Below are positions 18,884 to 30,900 of a stretch of DNA of 64,000 bases, piece by piece. Numbering within the stretch: position 1 is the stretch's first letter; each line of letters opens with the position of its first letter. The stretch is from Bacilli bacterium (GTDB taxonomy: Bacteria > Bacillota_I > Bacilli_A > RFN20 > CAG-449). Location: NCBI GenBank assembly GCA_048359995.1, contig DBGCPK010000010.1, forward strand, positions 9,860-73,859, read 5' to 3'. Made by a program: the position numbers and the translations under genes. The notes under the pieces are model-generated. The model was not told where the DNA came from. It searched no databases and saw nothing but the letters and a program-made list of their open reading frames with translations.

Positions 18884-20881
18884 ATGAAAAAACGATATTT
18901 ATCAATCTTGACGATATTTTTGATCTGCGGCTGCGCTTTTCAAGGGAACGATTCTTCTCAGGAAAATCCGTTATCCCAAAGCAGCGCGCAAAATTCTTCT
19001 TCGTCTTTTTCGTCGGATTCTTCTTCGCAGGAAGAATCGATTTCTTCTTCCTCTTCGGACGTCGGTCAAAAAGAAATGCTGTACGCGTTCGCACAACCTG
19101 ATTATTCCTGCCCTCGGAGAAACGCAAGGGAAGAATTTGAGTTTGCCGACCTGTTTAATCTGAGCAATCGTGTGGACATACAAGTGGAGATCTCCGATGC
19201 CGAATTGGACGAATTGCAGAAAAACTATCTCACGGGATATAAATGCGAAACATATCGTCTGGCGGACAAAGTGACGATAAGCATTACCAATTACGGAAAC
19301 ACGTTTACGTGGGAATTCGAAAATGTCGGTATTCGCCAGAAAGGAAATACTTCTCGGAAAGATATTCTCATCGGCGATTCCGTCAATCCGGAGAATCACT
19401 TTAAATTGTCTTTCGATGAAACTTTTGACGATCCGGAACTCTATTCGGCGGAATTCATCGCGGAAACAAAGGCGAAGATGAACGGTGCCGTTTATGCCGA
19501 CAGGGATTTTTTAGGCACTTCCGGATTGGATATCAAGTGGAACAAGAATTCGGACTCTACGCACATCAGAGAAATTTACAGCTCTTATATCTATCAGGCA
19601 GGCGGAATCATTTCCCAGCACATAGGTTTGACGGAGTTTTCTTTTATCCGGAAAGATAGAAGCAATCAAGAAACATCTTTTGGATTGTGTATGCTCTACG
19701 AGCCGACTTCGAAGTCGATCGTCAAACGGACTTTGCAGAACGGAAACGAATATCTGAATATGACTTCTTGGAAACAGGAAAAAGCGGGAAGCTACGGCGT
19801 TCCCGGCGTCAATTACGGAGACCTTTATAAATGCACCTATGGAGTCGGAGAAGGAAATTATTCGGACGGCGCGGATCTCACGGCGAATTCGATCGAGGGC
19901 AAGCGAATCGGAATCGGCAATAATTCCGGAAGTTATATTCCGGTTTACGAAAGAAAAACCAATACAGACGCGGTTTACGACGACGATTTGCTGAGAAATC
20001 TCGTTTCGGCCGTCGATCAGGGAACTTACGAAGAAATCGCGGATAAAATCGATTTGGAATATTTCGCCAAAGAAGAAGCCATCACTTATTTGATCGGAAA
20101 CCCGGACGCGTTTCGGTATAACAACAACAATTATCTCCTTTATTTTCGGAGAACGGACGGGAAAGCGATCGTGATTCCTTACGACAACGATCGTTGCTTC
20201 GGCATCACGAAAGATTTCGACGTGATGAACGGAATGACGGAAGCGGGCGTTTTATCGACGGTCATCGCTCAGAATAAACAGGCCAATTCGCTGTTGAAGA
20301 AAACCATTTTAAGCGGAAATGAAAACGATGCGAAAAAGGTTTACTTGGAAATTTTGAGCATTTTGAAAAATTCCGACTGGGCAAAGTGCGAAACTTTCGA
20401 TCGCTTCTACGACATCGCTGTGATGACCTATTCTTCCGAGACTTTCGATAAGAACGGCGTCAATCTTTCGTTCGAGACGTATTTGAACGCGAAACTGAAA
20501 TTGATCGGAAATACTTCCGAAGACGCTACCATTTACGATAATCTTTATGTCGTCGGCAATTTCAATTCTTGGGGAGATTATCCGGAAAGCGATCTGGAAA
20601 AATACCATTTGGAAAGGGTGGAGAATTGCCTTTATCGGGTGGAAATCTTCATTGCAGAACCGCTTCCTGACAATACTTTGCAGTTCAAGTTCAACAACGG
20701 ACAAAAAAATTACGACGAGATTGATTGGACTTTAGATTCTTCGTTGAAGTTTTTGATCAAAGAAGTAGGGGGCAACGCTCGATTGGAAAACGTTTACGCC
20801 GGCGATATTGTGCGGATTGAAATCGACACGGAAAACCTTTCCGCATCGGTGGAGGTAAGTGGCTCTTATTCCGTGTGTTAG
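18884..20881 (+). CDS. CotH-family (atypical kinase fold) lipoprotein with a C-terminal CBM20/48-like module
   Basis: Lipobox LICGC after the signal peptide, then an S-rich linker. NNNNYLLYFRR..GKAIVIPYDNDRCFG matches the CotH signature. C-terminal YVVGNFNSWG...LQFKFNNG is carbohydrate-binding-module-like. Confidence 0.7.
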   Translation: MKKRYLSILTIFLICGCAFQGNDSSQENPLSQSSAQNSSSSFSSDSSSQEESISSSSSDVGQKEMLYAFAQPDYSCPRRNAREEFEFADLFNLSNRVDIQVEISDAELDELQKNYLTGYKCETYRLADKVTISITNYGNTFTWEFENVGIRQKGNTSRKDILIGDSVNPENHFKLSFDETFDDPELYSAEFIAETKAKMNGAVYADRDFLGTSGLDIKWNKNSDSTHIREIYSSYIYQAGGIISQHIGLTEFSFIRKDRSNQETSFGLCMLYEPTSKSIVKRTLQNGNEYLNMTSWKQEKAGSYGVPGVNYGDLYKCTYGVGEGNYSDGADLTANSIEGKRIGIGNNSGSYIPVYERKTNTDAVYDDDLLRNLVSAVDQGTYEEIADKIDLEYFAKEEAITYLIGNPDAFRYNNNNYLLYFRRTDGKAIVIPYDNDRCFGITKDFDVMNGMTEAGVLSTVIAQNKQANSLLKKTILSGNENDAKKVYLEILSILKNSDWAKCETFDRFYDIAVMTYSSETFDKNGVNLSFETYLNAKLKLIGNTSEDATIYDNLYVVGNFNSWGDYPESDLEKYHLERVENCLYRVEIFIAEPLPDNTLQFKFNNGQKNYDEIDWTLDSSLKFLIKEVGGNARLENVYAGDIVRIEIDTENLSASVEVSGSYSVC

Positions 20882-20892
20882 GAGGAAACGAG

Positions 20893-21960
20893 ATGGAAAA
20901 AATTCTTTTGGTTATCGGCATCTGCGCCGCAGTCGTCGTTTTGTTTCTGGTGATGGGATATCTGATGATGGTTCGGATCGCCAACGTGATTATTCAATCC
21001 AATTTCGACATACGCTACGACGATCGGCATACGTTGAAATATTTTACTGCGGATGATTTTGAAAATTTGGAAACCGAACCAGTCGAATTTCTTTCGGATC
21101 AAGGGCAGAAACTGAGAGGCTTTCTGTATCGTTCTTCTCTAATAAAAGACTATAAGGCGCTGATGGTGATTTCCCACGGACTGGGGGCAGGTCATCTGCA
21201 ATATACGACCGAAATCAATTTTTTCGCTCAAAAAGGGTATTTGGTCTTCGCTTTCGACGATACAGGATGCAATCTGTCGGAAGGAGAAAAAATCAAAGGA
21301 TTGACGCAAAGCCTGATCGATTTGGATTACGCGCTTCGCTTCGTTTGCGAGGACGCGCGGCTCAAAAATCTTCCGTTGGTCTTGTTCGGCCATTCGATGG
21401 GGGCTTATGCCGTGTCCAATATCACTTCGATTAATTCCGGAAAAATCAAAGGAATCGTCGCTTTGGCGCCTTTCAAAAACGAAACTTCATTCTTGTTCGA
21501 GGAATTTAAAGCGCTGACGAATCTGAAATACAAGATGGTCGAACGCTTGTTGAAAAAACGCGTGTACCAACGCTTTGGCGATATTTCGAAAATCGATACG
21601 ATGGATTCTTTCGATAAGAGTGAAGTTCCTCATCTGATTATCGCCGGAGATCAGGATCCGATTGTGGACTATTACAACAATTTCGAAAGGATGAAAGATC
21701 TTTTTTCCGAAAAACCGGGTTATCGCTTTTTAAGCGTCGAAAATCGTTTCCATCGACCGAATCTATCTCTCGAAGCGGCGAATTACGATCAGGAAACCAA
21801 TGTCGAATTGCAGAACATACAAGGGCAGAAAATGCCGAAAGAAAGCAAAGAACTCGCCGTGAAGAAATTCTACGAGAATCTCGACTACAATCTCTTGGTT
21901 CAGATGGACGATCACGTAATGGGAGAGATTCTGGAATTTCTCGAAGAATGCTTGCAATAA
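20893..21960 (+). CDS. Alpha/beta-fold hydrolase with an N-terminal TM anchor
   Basis: Nucleophile elbow GHSMGA. GGAGG precedes the ATG at 20893. Confidence 0.7.
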   Translation: MEKILLVIGICAAVVVLFLVMGYLMMVRIANVIIQSNFDIRYDDRHTLKYFTADDFENLETEPVEFLSDQGQKLRGFLYRSSLIKDYKALMVISHGLGAGHLQYTTEINFFAQKGYLVFAFDDTGCNLSEGEKIKGLTQSLIDLDYALRFVCEDARLKNLPLVLFGHSMGAYAVSNITSINSGKIKGIVALAPFKNETSFLFEEFKALTNLKYKMVERLLKKRVYQRFGDISKIDTMDSFDKSEVPHLIIAGDQDPIVDYYNNFERMKDLFSEKPGYRFLSVENRFHRPNLSLEAANYDQETNVELQNIQGQKMPKESKELAVKKFYENLDYNLLVQMDDHVMGEILEFLEECLQ

Positions 21961-22052
21961 GGAAAAGGGAAATTTTTTATTGTAAGAGAACTTGAAATTG
22001 CGGGTTGAATCGGTTATAAAATGTTTGTAAAAGGACGAAAGAACACTAAATT

Positions 22053-22373
22053 ATGAAAAGCAAAGAAAGTTTGGTTTTGAAATGCCCGAAATGCGGGAGC
22101 GGCAGCGACGAGATCGTGTTTCAAGAAAGTCGCCGGAAACCCTATTTGATGCTTCCCGCATTGGTGGGTTTGTGTGGTTGGCTTTTGGCGGTAATCCTTT
22201 TCATTGTCGGTCTTAGGAGGGGAGAATCCGGTTTTGTGATCGCGGCGGTGATTGTTATTCTGCCGGTTTCGGTTCTGGGTCTCGTTCTCCGCTTTCGTAA
22301 AGAATATTCGATCTGGAAAACCCACACCAAAGCGATCTGCAAGCATTGCGGAAATACGTGGTTTATCGACTGA
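22053..22373 (+). CDS. Small membrane protein with a split zinc-ribbon (CPKCG ... CKHCG)
   Basis: Two CxxC pairs flank two hydrophobic segments. 106 aa. Confidence 0.45.
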   Translation: MKSKESLVLKCPKCGSGSDEIVFQESRRKPYLMLPALVGLCGWLLAVILFIVGLRRGESGFVIAAVIVILPVSVLGLVLRFRKEYSIWKTHTKAICKHCGNTWFID

Positions 22374-22495
22374 ACCTTCTTTTAGAAGAGAAATTTCGGA
22401 TCGAACGATCCAAAACCGATTTTTTGAAAACGCAGGTTCGACGAGGGGAAATGAAGAGGAATTCAAAACTCCTTTTTATTTTTTATAAAAAACGC

Positions 22496-22525
22496 TTGTA
22501 AAAGCAAAATAAGATAGTGTAAAAT
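22496..22525 (+). promoter_or_regulatory. Candidate str-operon promoter
   Basis: TTGTAA (22496-22501), 18-nt spacer, TGtTAAAAT with TAAAAT at 22520-22525. Confidence 0.4.
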
Positions 22526-22640
22526 AACAAAGCGTGTGCCAAAGCACCGGAATTTGCGATGCAGTGCATCTTTTTATTTCATCGATGATGAAACACCCGG
22601 TGTTGTGGCTTACATTGAAACTAAGGAAAGGAGATATTCA

Positions 22641-23060
22641 ATGCCTACAATCAACCAATTAGTTCGTAACGGACGTACTAGTGCGATTGAAAAATCCAAA
22701 GCTCCGGCTTTGAACAAACGCTGGAATTCACTCACAAAGAAAACCATCACTCAAAATTCTGCGCAAAAGCGCGGTGTCTGTACCCGTGTCGGTACGATGA
22801 CTCCGAAAAAGCCGAATTCGGCGCTTCGGAAATACGCGCGTGTTCGTTTGAGCAACGGATTCGAAGTAACGGCTTATATCGGCGGCGAAGGACACAATCT
22901 TCAAGAACACAGCACCGTTTTAATCCGCGGCGGTCGTGTGAAAGACCTCCCGGGTGTCAGATATCATATCGTACGCGGTACTTTGGATTGCGCCGGTGTC
23001 AACGAAAGAAGACAGGGAAGATCGTTATACGGAACGAAAAAACCGAAAGAAAAGAAATAA
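22641..23060 (+). CDS. rpsL: 30S ribosomal protein S12
   Basis: [12 protein letters not shown]... with GGAAAGGAG upstream. The ORF-track start at 22536 is an upstream extension. Confidence 0.97.
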   Translation: MPTINQLVRNGRTSAIEKSKAPALNKRWNSLTKKTITQNSAQKRGVCTRVGTMTPKKPNSALRKYARVRLSNGFEVTAYIGGEGHNLQEHSTVLIRGGRVKDLPGVRYHIVRGTLDCAGVNERRQGRSLYGTKKPKEKK

Positions 23061-23120
23061 GCACTGATACGTCGAAGTAAAAATTCAATTGATCAACAAA
23101 TTCAGAAAGGAGGATTTTTA

Positions 23121-23591
23121 ATGCCACGTAAAGGAAGTGTCGCTAAACGCGATGTGTTACCGGATCCGATTTACAATTCCAAACTCGTAACACGTTTAAT
23201 CAACAAAATCATGGTCGATGGTAAAAGAGGAACCGCTCAAACCATCTTGTACAATGCTTTCAAAAAAATCGAAGCGAAGACAGGGAAACCTGCGATGGAA
23301 GTTTTCGAAGTCGCTATCGGAAACATTATGCCGGCTCTCGAACTGAAACTGAGAAGAGTAGGAGCAACCAACTATCAAGTTCCTGTCGAAGTCAGCGCAG
23401 AAAGAAGAGTTACTCTCGGGCTCAGATGGTTAGTCAACTATGCCCGTTTGAGAAACGAGAAGTCGATGGAAGACAAGCTGGCCGCGGAAATTATCGATGC
23501 GGCGAACGGAGTAGGCGCTTCGGTTAAGAAGAGAGACGATACCCACAAGATGGCGGAAGCCAACAAAGCTTTTGCTCATTACAGATGGTAA
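23121..23591 (+). CDS. rpsG: 30S ribosomal protein S7
   Basis: MPRKG...[17 protein letters not shown]; conserved str-operon order. Confidence 0.97.
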   Translation: MPRKGSVAKRDVLPDPIYNSKLVTRLINKIMVDGKRGTAQTILYNAFKKIEAKTGKPAMEVFEVAIGNIMPALELKLRRVGATNYQVPVEVSAERRVTLGLRWLVNYARLRNEKSMEDKLAAEIIDAANGVGASVKKRDDTHKMAEANKAFAHYRW

Positions 23592-23603
23592 TCGGAGGAT
23601 ATT

Positions 23604-25673
23604 ATGGCTCGTAAATTAGATATCTCAAATACCCGTAATATCGGAATTATGGCTCATATCGATGCAGGTAAGACCACGGTGTCGGAAAGAATTCTTTTCT
23701 ATACCGGTAAAGTCTACAAGATCGGTGAAACCCACGATGGATCGGCTACGATGGACTGGATGAAACAAGAACAGGATCGGGGCATTACGATTACCTCCGC
23801 CGCGACGACCTGCTATTGGAAAGAACACAGAATCAATCTGATCGACACTCCCGGCCACGTCGACTTCACAGCCGAAGTCGAACGTTCGCTTCGGGTTCTC
23901 GACGGCGCGGTGACCGTTCTCGATGGTAAGAACGGGGTCGAACCGCAGACGGAAACGGTCTGGCGGCAAGGTACTAAATACAATGTTCCGCGAATCGTCT
24001 TCGTCAACAAACTCGATGCGATCGGCGCCGATTTTGAAATGTCCTATCGTTCTATCGGGGAAAAACTTGGCGCGAACGCCGCGCCGATTCAGTACCCGAT
24101 CGGATTGGAATCTCAACTTAAAGGCGTCATCGATATCATCGAAAGAAAGGCTTACCTTTATTCGGATGTCAAAGGAGAACATCCGGAAATCGTCGAAGTT
24201 CCGGCGGAATATCTCGATAAAGTGGAACTTCTTCGCGCGGAATTACTCGAAAAACTCGCCAATTACGACGACGATTTGATGATGAAAGTTCTCGAAGGCG
24301 AAGAACCGACCGTCGAGGAAATCAAAGCAGTTGTCCGAAAAGCGGTTTTGACCGCGGAATTCTTTCCGGTTCTCTGCGGATCGGCCTACAAGAACAAAGG
24401 AATACAACCTTTGCTCGATGCGATCGTCGATTATCTGCCGTCTCCGGTGGATATTCACCACGCCGTCGGCCACAATCCGAACGGAGAAGAAGTGGAATGC
24501 AAACCGGACGATAACGAACCTTTGACCGCTTTGGCTTTCAAGATTATGACGGATCCGTTTATCGGTAAACTCGCTTTCTTCCGCGTCTATTCCGGCGTAG
24601 CCAAGGCAGGGTCGTATGTCTATAACTCGACGAAAGATCTGAAAGAAAGATTCTCGCGTTTGGTGATTATGAATTCCAATAAAAGAGAAGAAGTGGAAGA
24701 GGTTCACGCCGGCGATATCGGCGCGGCCGTCGGTTTGAAATCGACGTCGACTGGAGACACGCTTTGCGATGAAAATCATCCGGTTATTCTGGAATCCATC
24801 AAATTCTCCGATCCGGTCATTTCGGAAGCAATCGAACCGAAATCAAAGGCGGATATGGAGAAGATGACCGCAGGGCTGATGAAATTAGCGGATGAAGATC
24901 CTACTTTCCGTTTTTCGACTAATCCGGAAACCGGACAACACATCATCGCCGGTGTCGGCGAACTGCATCTCGACGTGATGGTGACTCGTTTAAAAGACGA
25001 GCATAAAGTCGAAGTCAATGTCGGTGCGCCGCAGGTGGCGTATCGCGAAACGATCCGGAAAACGGCGGAGTGCGAAGGTAGATACATCAAGCAGTCCGGT
25101 GGACATGGTCAATACGGTCACGTTTGGATTCGTTTTGAACCGAATCCGGGCAAGGGATTCGAATTCGTCGACGCGATCGTCGGAGGAACCGTTCCGAAAG
25201 AATACATTAAGCCGACTTGCGAAGGTTTGAAAGAATCTTTGGATCGCGGTTTAGTTGCCGGATATCCGGTTATCGATCTCAAAGCGACATTGTTTGACGG
25301 CTCGTATCACGATGTCGACTCTTCGGAAGCCGCGTATAAAATTGCCGCGTCTTTGGCTTTGAAAGAAGCGGCGAAAAAATGCAATCCGGTCATTCTCGAA
25401 CCGATCGTCAAGGTGGAAGTTACCGTTCCGTCCGAATATTTGGGCGACGTAATGGGAGATATCAGTTCCAGACGAGGTGAAATCCAGGGGCAGAGCGAGA
25501 GAGGGAACGCGCAGATTATCGATGCGTTCGTTCCTTTGGCCAATATGTTCGGTTACGTTACCGATCTCCGTTCGATGACAAAGGGCAGAGCCAATTATAC
25601 GATGGAAATGGATCACTATTCCGAATGCCCGAAGTTCATTATGGAAGAAATCATCAAGAAGTCGGGCCGTTAA
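23604..25673 (+). CDS. fusA: Elongation factor G
   Basis: [26 protein letters not shown]; 689 aa. Confidence 0.97.
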   Translation: MARKLDISNTRNIGIMAHIDAGKTTVSERILFYTGKVYKIGETHDGSATMDWMKQEQDRGITITSAATTCYWKEHRINLIDTPGHVDFTAEVERSLRVLDGAVTVLDGKNGVEPQTETVWRQGTKYNVPRIVFVNKLDAIGADFEMSYRSIGEKLGANAAPIQYPIGLESQLKGVIDIIERKAYLYSDVKGEHPEIVEVPAEYLDKVELLRAELLEKLANYDDDLMMKVLEGEEPTVEEIKAVVRKAVLTAEFFPVLCGSAYKNKGIQPLLDAIVDYLPSPVDIHHAVGHNPNGEEVECKPDDNEPLTALAFKIMTDPFIGKLAFFRVYSGVAKAGSYVYNSTKDLKERFSRLVIMNSNKREEVEEVHAGDIGAAVGLKSTSTGDTLCDENHPVILESIKFSDPVISEAIEPKSKADMEKMTAGLMKLADEDPTFRFSTNPETGQHIIAGVGELHLDVMVTRLKDEHKVEVNVGAPQVAYRETIRKTAECEGRYIKQSGGHGQYGHVWIRFEPNPGKGFEFVDAIVGGTVPKEYIKPTCEGLKESLDRGLVAGYPVIDLKATLFDGSYHDVDSSEAAYKIAASLALKEAAKKCNPVILEPIVKVEVTVPSEYLGDVMGDISSRRGEIQGQSERGNAQIIDAFVPLANMFGYVTDLRSMTKGRANYTMEMDHYSECPKFIMEEIIKKSGR

Positions 25674-25780
25674 TTCTGCCCGATTTCGAAAATCTCGTTT
25701 TTAAAATGTTGATTTATTCAAATAAATGCTATATGATGAATTCGTTGAAATTCAAAAAATAATTAGGAGGAAATTCAATA

Positions 25781-26965
25781 ATGGCAAAAGAAAAATTTGA
25801 CAGAAGTAAAACCCACGTTAATATCGGCACCATTGGACACGTCGATCACGGCAAAACCACTTTGACTGCCGCGATTACGTCGGTTTTAGCGAAAAAGGGA
25901 TTATCCGAAAAGAAAGCATACGATCAAATCGATGCCGCACCGGAGGAAAAAGCCCGTGGTATTACTATCAATACCGCTCACATCGAATATCAGACAGCGA
26001 CCAGACACTACGCTCACGTCGACTGCCCGGGTCACGCCGACTATGTTAAGAACATGATTACCGGCGCCGCGCAGATGGATGGTGCGATTCTGGTTGTCGC
26101 CGCCACCGACGGCGTTATGCCGCAAACCCGCGAGCATATCCTGCTTGCCAGACAAGTCGGAGTTCCGTACATCGTTGTGTATCTGAACAAAACCGACCTC
26201 GTCGACGATCCAGAACTGATCGACCTCGTCGAAATGGACGTTCGCGAACTTCTTTCCAACTACGGCTATCCGGGAGACAACACCCCGATCATCCGCGGTT
26301 CCGCGAGATTGGCTCTCGACGGAGATCCTGCTGCCGAACAATCGATTATGGAATTGATGGACGCGTGTGACAGTTATATTCCTGCTCCGAAGAGAGATGT
26401 CGATAAGCCGTTCCTTCTTGCGATCGAAGATGTCATTACCATCACCGGACGTGGAACCGTCGTCACCGGAAGAGTCGAGCGCGGTATGGTCAAGATGGGC
26501 GAGGCTGTCGAAATCGTCGGTATCAAACCGACCCGTCAATCGGTCGTTACCGGTATCGAAATGTTCCGTAAACAACTCGATTTCGCGGAAGCCGGAGATA
26601 ATGCCGGTGTTCTGTTGAGAGGCGTCAACCGCGACGAAGTCGTCCGTGGACAAGTCTTGGCAAAACCAGGTTCTGTTACTCCGCATACGAAATTTACCGC
26701 TTCGGTTTACGTATTGACCAAAGAAGAAGGCGGACGTCATACGGCGTTCTTATCCAACTATCGCCCGCAATTCTACTTCCGTACTACCGATATCACCGGT
26801 GTCATTACGCTTCCTGCCGGAGTAGAAATGGTTATGCCTGGCGACAACGTCGAATTGACTGTCGAGTTGATTCACCCGGTCGCAATCGAAAAGGGAACCA
26901 AGTTCTCGATTCGTGAAGGCGGACGTACCGTCGGTGCGGGAACCGTCAGCGAAATCCTGAAATAA
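25781..26965 (+). CDS. tuf: Elongation factor Tu
   Basis: [22 protein letters not shown]; 394 aa. Confidence 0.98.
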   Translation: MAKEKFDRSKTHVNIGTIGHVDHGKTTLTAAITSVLAKKGLSEKKAYDQIDAAPEEKARGITINTAHIEYQTATRHYAHVDCPGHADYVKNMITGAAQMDGAILVVAATDGVMPQTREHILLARQVGVPYIVVYLNKTDLVDDPELIDLVEMDVRELLSNYGYPGDNTPIIRGSARLALDGDPAAEQSIMELMDACDSYIPAPKRDVDKPFLLAIEDVITITGRGTVVTGRVERGMVKMGEAVEIVGIKPTRQSVVTGIEMFRKQLDFAEAGDNAGVLLRGVNRDEVVRGQVLAKPGSVTPHTKFTASVYVLTKEEGGRHTAFLSNYRPQFYFRTTDITGVITLPAGVEMVMPGDNVELTVELIHPVAIEKGTKFSIREGGRTVGAGTVSEILK

Positions 26966-26978
26966 AATGGTTTGCGAA

Positions 26979-27007
26979 AGAGTCGTGCAAAGCGACTCTT
27001 TTTTTTG
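26979..27007 (+). terminator. Intrinsic terminator of the str operon
   Basis: agagtcg (26979-26985), 7-nt loop, cgactct (26993-26999), then T8. Confidence 0.8.
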
Positions 27008-27061
27008 ATTTTGACTTCGGTTTATGACATAATAAAGTTGATATGGAAGGAGAAACGGAGA

Positions 27062-27973
27062 ATGATGCAGATGGAATTGAAAAAACCGACGAGGTTGAGA
27101 AGATTTCTCTCTTGTCTTTTCGATCTGCTGCTCGCTTTGGTCGCCTTTTTCCTCATCTATGCGATGGTAGTTCAACCGATTTACAACACCGCGACCAAGT
27201 ACAAGACCGCCTGCAACGACTATTACATCGCATTAAGGAATACCAATCTGTACTCCTACAACGAGACCAATATGATCTGCAATATCGTCGAACCGGATTT
27301 GAGCGATAAAGAAGAGGTTACGGCGGAAACCTATTACGCTTTTTACAACTACCGCCTGATCTATTATTATGAAACAAACGAGCTGTCGGAAGCCTATGAA
27401 AGCCAAATGGAGAAATCCGGATTATTCGTTCTCAACGATTCGGGGGTGTATGTCTTCGCCGAAAAAGTAACCGCGGATCAGGCAAAGTCTTTCTATGTCT
27501 CTTCGATCAAAACGGCGATTAAGGATATCTTCGAAAAAGACGAGACAAATCAAAAGCTGAAAGCGCGAGTGAACAATTACGATCTCGCCATATTTGCCTG
27601 TTCTTTTATTCCCGCATGGGCGCTGATATATCTTGCGATTCCTCTTGTCAATCGGGGCGGTCAGACCTTAGGGAAAAAACTGATGAATCTCAAAGTCGCC
27701 TCGGTGAGAGACGGATTTAAAGTGAAAAAGGGCGTTCTCCTTCTTCGCCAGAGTCTTGTGGTTTTCGTCGGTTACGTTTTGGGGATTTTTACTTTCGGTT
27801 TAAGTGCGTTGGCCTTTATGATCGTTTTCTTGATTCATAAAGAAGGAAAATCGATCGACGACGTTTTATGCGATACGATCGTCTACGAGAACGTTCATCC
27901 GGAAGACGCAGGAGAAAAAGACAGACTGACGATTGCGCTTAAAAATAAAAGGCGAAATGAAACGAAAGAATAA
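27062..27973 (+). CDS. RDD-family membrane protein with a large extracytoplasmic insert
   Basis: RRFLSCLFDLLL, GQTLGKKLMNLKV and DDVLCDTIVY match RDD-domain landmarks. ATG at 27062 has GGAAGGAG upstream; the ORF-track start at 26972 runs through the tuf terminator. Confidence 0.65.
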   Translation: MMQMELKKPTRLRRFLSCLFDLLLALVAFFLIYAMVVQPIYNTATKYKTACNDYYIALRNTNLYSYNETNMICNIVEPDLSDKEEVTAETYYAFYNYRLIYYYETNELSEAYESQMEKSGLFVLNDSGVYVFAEKVTADQAKSFYVSSIKTAIKDIFEKDETNQKLKARVNNYDLAIFACSFIPAWALIYLAIPLVNRGGQTLGKKLMNLKVASVRDGFKVKKGVLLLRQSLVVFVGYVLGIFTFGLSALAFMIVFLIHKEGKSIDDVLCDTIVYENVHPEDAGEKDRLTIALKNKRRNETKE

Positions 27974-27980
27974 ATAAAGA

Positions 27981-30900
27981 ATGCTGGAATTAAAAAACGT
28001 CACGAAAATTTATCATCTGAAAAAAGCCGAAGACGTCGTCGCGCTCAACGATATCAGTTTGAAATTTCCGGATAAAGGAATGGTTTTCATCTTGGGAAAA
28101 TCCGGCTCGGGAAAATCGACATTTCTCAATGTCGTCGGAGGTTTGGATTCTTTCGACAAAGGCGAAATTATCATCAACGATCGATCCAGCAAGGGGTTTT
28201 CTCAAAGCGATTTCGATTCTTATAGAAATACTTATATCGGCTTTATCTTTCAGGAATACAACATTTTCGAAGAATTATCGGTCAGAAAAAATATCGCTTT
28301 GGCTTTGGAATTGCAAGGAAAGAGCGCAAGCGAAGAGGAGATTAAAAGAATCCTGAATCTCGTCGACCTCGAAGATCTGGAGGAAAGAAAGCCGAAAGAA
28401 CTTTCGGGTGGTCAAAAGCAAAGGGTGGCGATCGCCCGTGCAATCGTCAAAAACCCTCAGATTATCATGGCGGATGAACCTACGGGAGCTTTGGACAGCC
28501 AGACGGGGAAACAGGTTCTCACTACATTGAAAAACCTTTCCGAAGACAAATTGGTCGTCGTCGTTTCCCACGATCGCGAATTCGCGGAAACTTACGCGGA
28601 TCGGATCGTCGAATTCAAGGACGGAAAAGTGATTTCGGATGTGACTTCCGGAATCGATCGAAGAGCGATTTCAGGATTCGAACGCCGAGAAAAGAAATGG
28701 ATTCGGATAAGAAAGAATCACGTCTTGTCTTCGGAAGAGAAAGAAGAAATTATTCGTTTCATCGAAAATAACGAAAACGACACGCTGGTTTCTTTCGAAC
28801 CCGAAATCAGCCGAAAAATCGATACGCAAGGAGAATTTTTCGGCGCGGAGTCGCGCTTTGTGCCGACCGATGAAAGTCGGATTGAAAGAGACGAAAAAAA
28901 ATTTACGACGATCAAATCGAAACTTTCTTTTCGGAATTCCTTTATCTTCGGTCTCAACTCGATGAAAGTCAAACCGTTTCGATTGATTTTGGTCATTCTT
29001 CTTTCCTGCATTTCTTTCGGTCTTTTCGGATTCGTCGATACGCTGTCGTCTTACAGTGCGACGAATACGATCGTCAATTCGATCGTCAGCACGAATATCG
29101 ACTACGCTTCTTTTACCAAGAATTATACTTTTTATCACTGGATTACCAATCTGAACAGTGAAAAAACGGTGATGACCGGCTTTTCGGGAACTAAGGATAT
29201 TGCCTATTTGAACGAATGTTTCAATCTCGATTTCAAAGGCGTATACAAGAATACCGAAGTCGGCGATTTTTCGCTGACGAACAATATGCTGAGGGATTAT
29301 CACGAAGCGAATAGTTACTATGTCAACGAACTTTCCGGTTTGATCGAGGCGGACGAAAAGACGTTGAAATCCCTGAACTATCATCTTGCCTACGGACGTC
29401 TTCCCGAGAATCCCGACGAAATTTGCCTGACGGACTACACATACAGCCTTTTCAGAGAACAGGGATATTATAATCATTTCGACACGTCGGATCGACTTTT
29501 GATCAGCGAGATGACGCCTTATGAAGAGTATATGGACGAAAATACTTTGGTTGTCAACGCTTCGACAGGGGAATATCGAACTTTATTTGTCAATAATCAA
29601 GAATTTAAGATCGTCGGCATCCTCCATACCGGATTCGACTTCGATAAGTACGAGATTCTGATCGACAACATCGACGACTCTTCTTATAAATATCTGAACG
29701 AAAACTATCAGTTGAATATCCGTTACGGATATCACAATCTAGGTTATCTCGCGCCGGGTTCGCTTTCGACGATCGTCGAAGAAAATCAACTGAGCCTTTT
29801 GAACGCATTGACGACTTTTCGTCTGGAAACGGCGAATGTACGGAATGGTTTTTCGTTTTCATACATCGGAAAATACGATCAGATTCCGGAGCAGACGGTG
29901 GTGAAAGACGATGTTTCTAAATTAAGCGATCAGGAAACGATCGTCTCCGATTCGTTCCTTTTCGATCGCGGCGGTTTGCAGTCGAAAATGCAAGGAATCG
30001 CGTTGATGAGCGAAGACGCGGAATTCTACGGAGTATCCAATCTGGCGGACGCCTATTCGCTGATTAAAGAAAAGATGATCGAAGACTACGCGAATCTTCA
30101 CCCTGATGAAGCGGCGGCGTACAATCCTTACGGAGGAACGGAACGATATATTCAATTTTTAAGCGATGAAGGAACGGGCTATTACGTCAATCCATACGGT
30201 ACTTCCGGATATGAATTGATTTCTCGGGAGAAAAAACGACTGCTGAGCGCCTATAAAGACGAAATTTTTCAGATCACCTTTCAAATTTCGATTGCCGATG
30301 CGAACGCATATTTAGAAGAGGCAAAACAATACAAAATGAATATTGTCGGCTTTTACGTGGCGAATAACGATGTTTCCGGGAAATGCCTGATCTTATCCGA
30401 CGAGAATTACGGACATTATGTCGGCGTGGAAGAAAGTTATTACGCTTTCGTGATCGCAAAGATGCCGAAGAGCAGAGGCACAATCCGCCGTTTGGTAAAT
30501 TTTGAAGACAGTGAATCGGATATCTATTATTGCATGAATAACGAATCCAAAATCGCGATCGACGTTTTGGACGCGACATTGGAAGCGTCGCGGGATATTT
30601 GTTTCTATATCGGCTTGGCTTTATCTGCTTTTTCCGTTTTGTTTTTATTCAATTTCATAAGTGTGTCGATTTCCAATAAAAAGCACGAGATCGGAATTCT
30701 TCGCGCGATCGGTTCGCGATCGAGAGACGTTTTGAAGATTTTTTTCACGGAAAGCTTCATTATTGCCATGATTAACTTCCTTTTATCGACTATCCTTTTG
30801 AGCGTCGTTTCGGCGGTCGGAAACGCCGTTATGCAAAGATTTACCGGATTATCTGTCGCTTTGTTCTCGCCAGGAGTCCGACAATTTGGTATAATGTTAT

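Noticed and set aside
22558-22571. Leader attenuator hairpin (gatgcagtgcatc plus T-run) upstream of rpsL
   Set aside because: The palindrome leaves at most a 4-bp stem once a viable loop is allowed, which is too weak to call.
22536-22640. N-terminal extension of rpsL (ORF-track start at 22536)
   Set aside because: S12 proteins start at MPTINQL. A strong RBS precedes the ATG at 22641, and the extension overlaps the leader and promoter.
25901-26740. 279-aa minus-strand ORF
   Set aside because: It lies entirely antisense to tuf, whose identity is unambiguous.
26972-27061. Upstream start of the RDD gene at 26972
   Set aside because: That start would translate through the tuf terminator hairpin. 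The ATG at 27062 has GGAAGGAG upstream.
28671-29477. 268-aa minus-strand ORF, plus similar ORFs at 31546..32073, 33382..33936, 34081..34674, 35487..35951 and 36327..36839
   Set aside because: All are antisense shadows inside well-supported ABC, RDD or permease genes. They have no motifs and no RBS.
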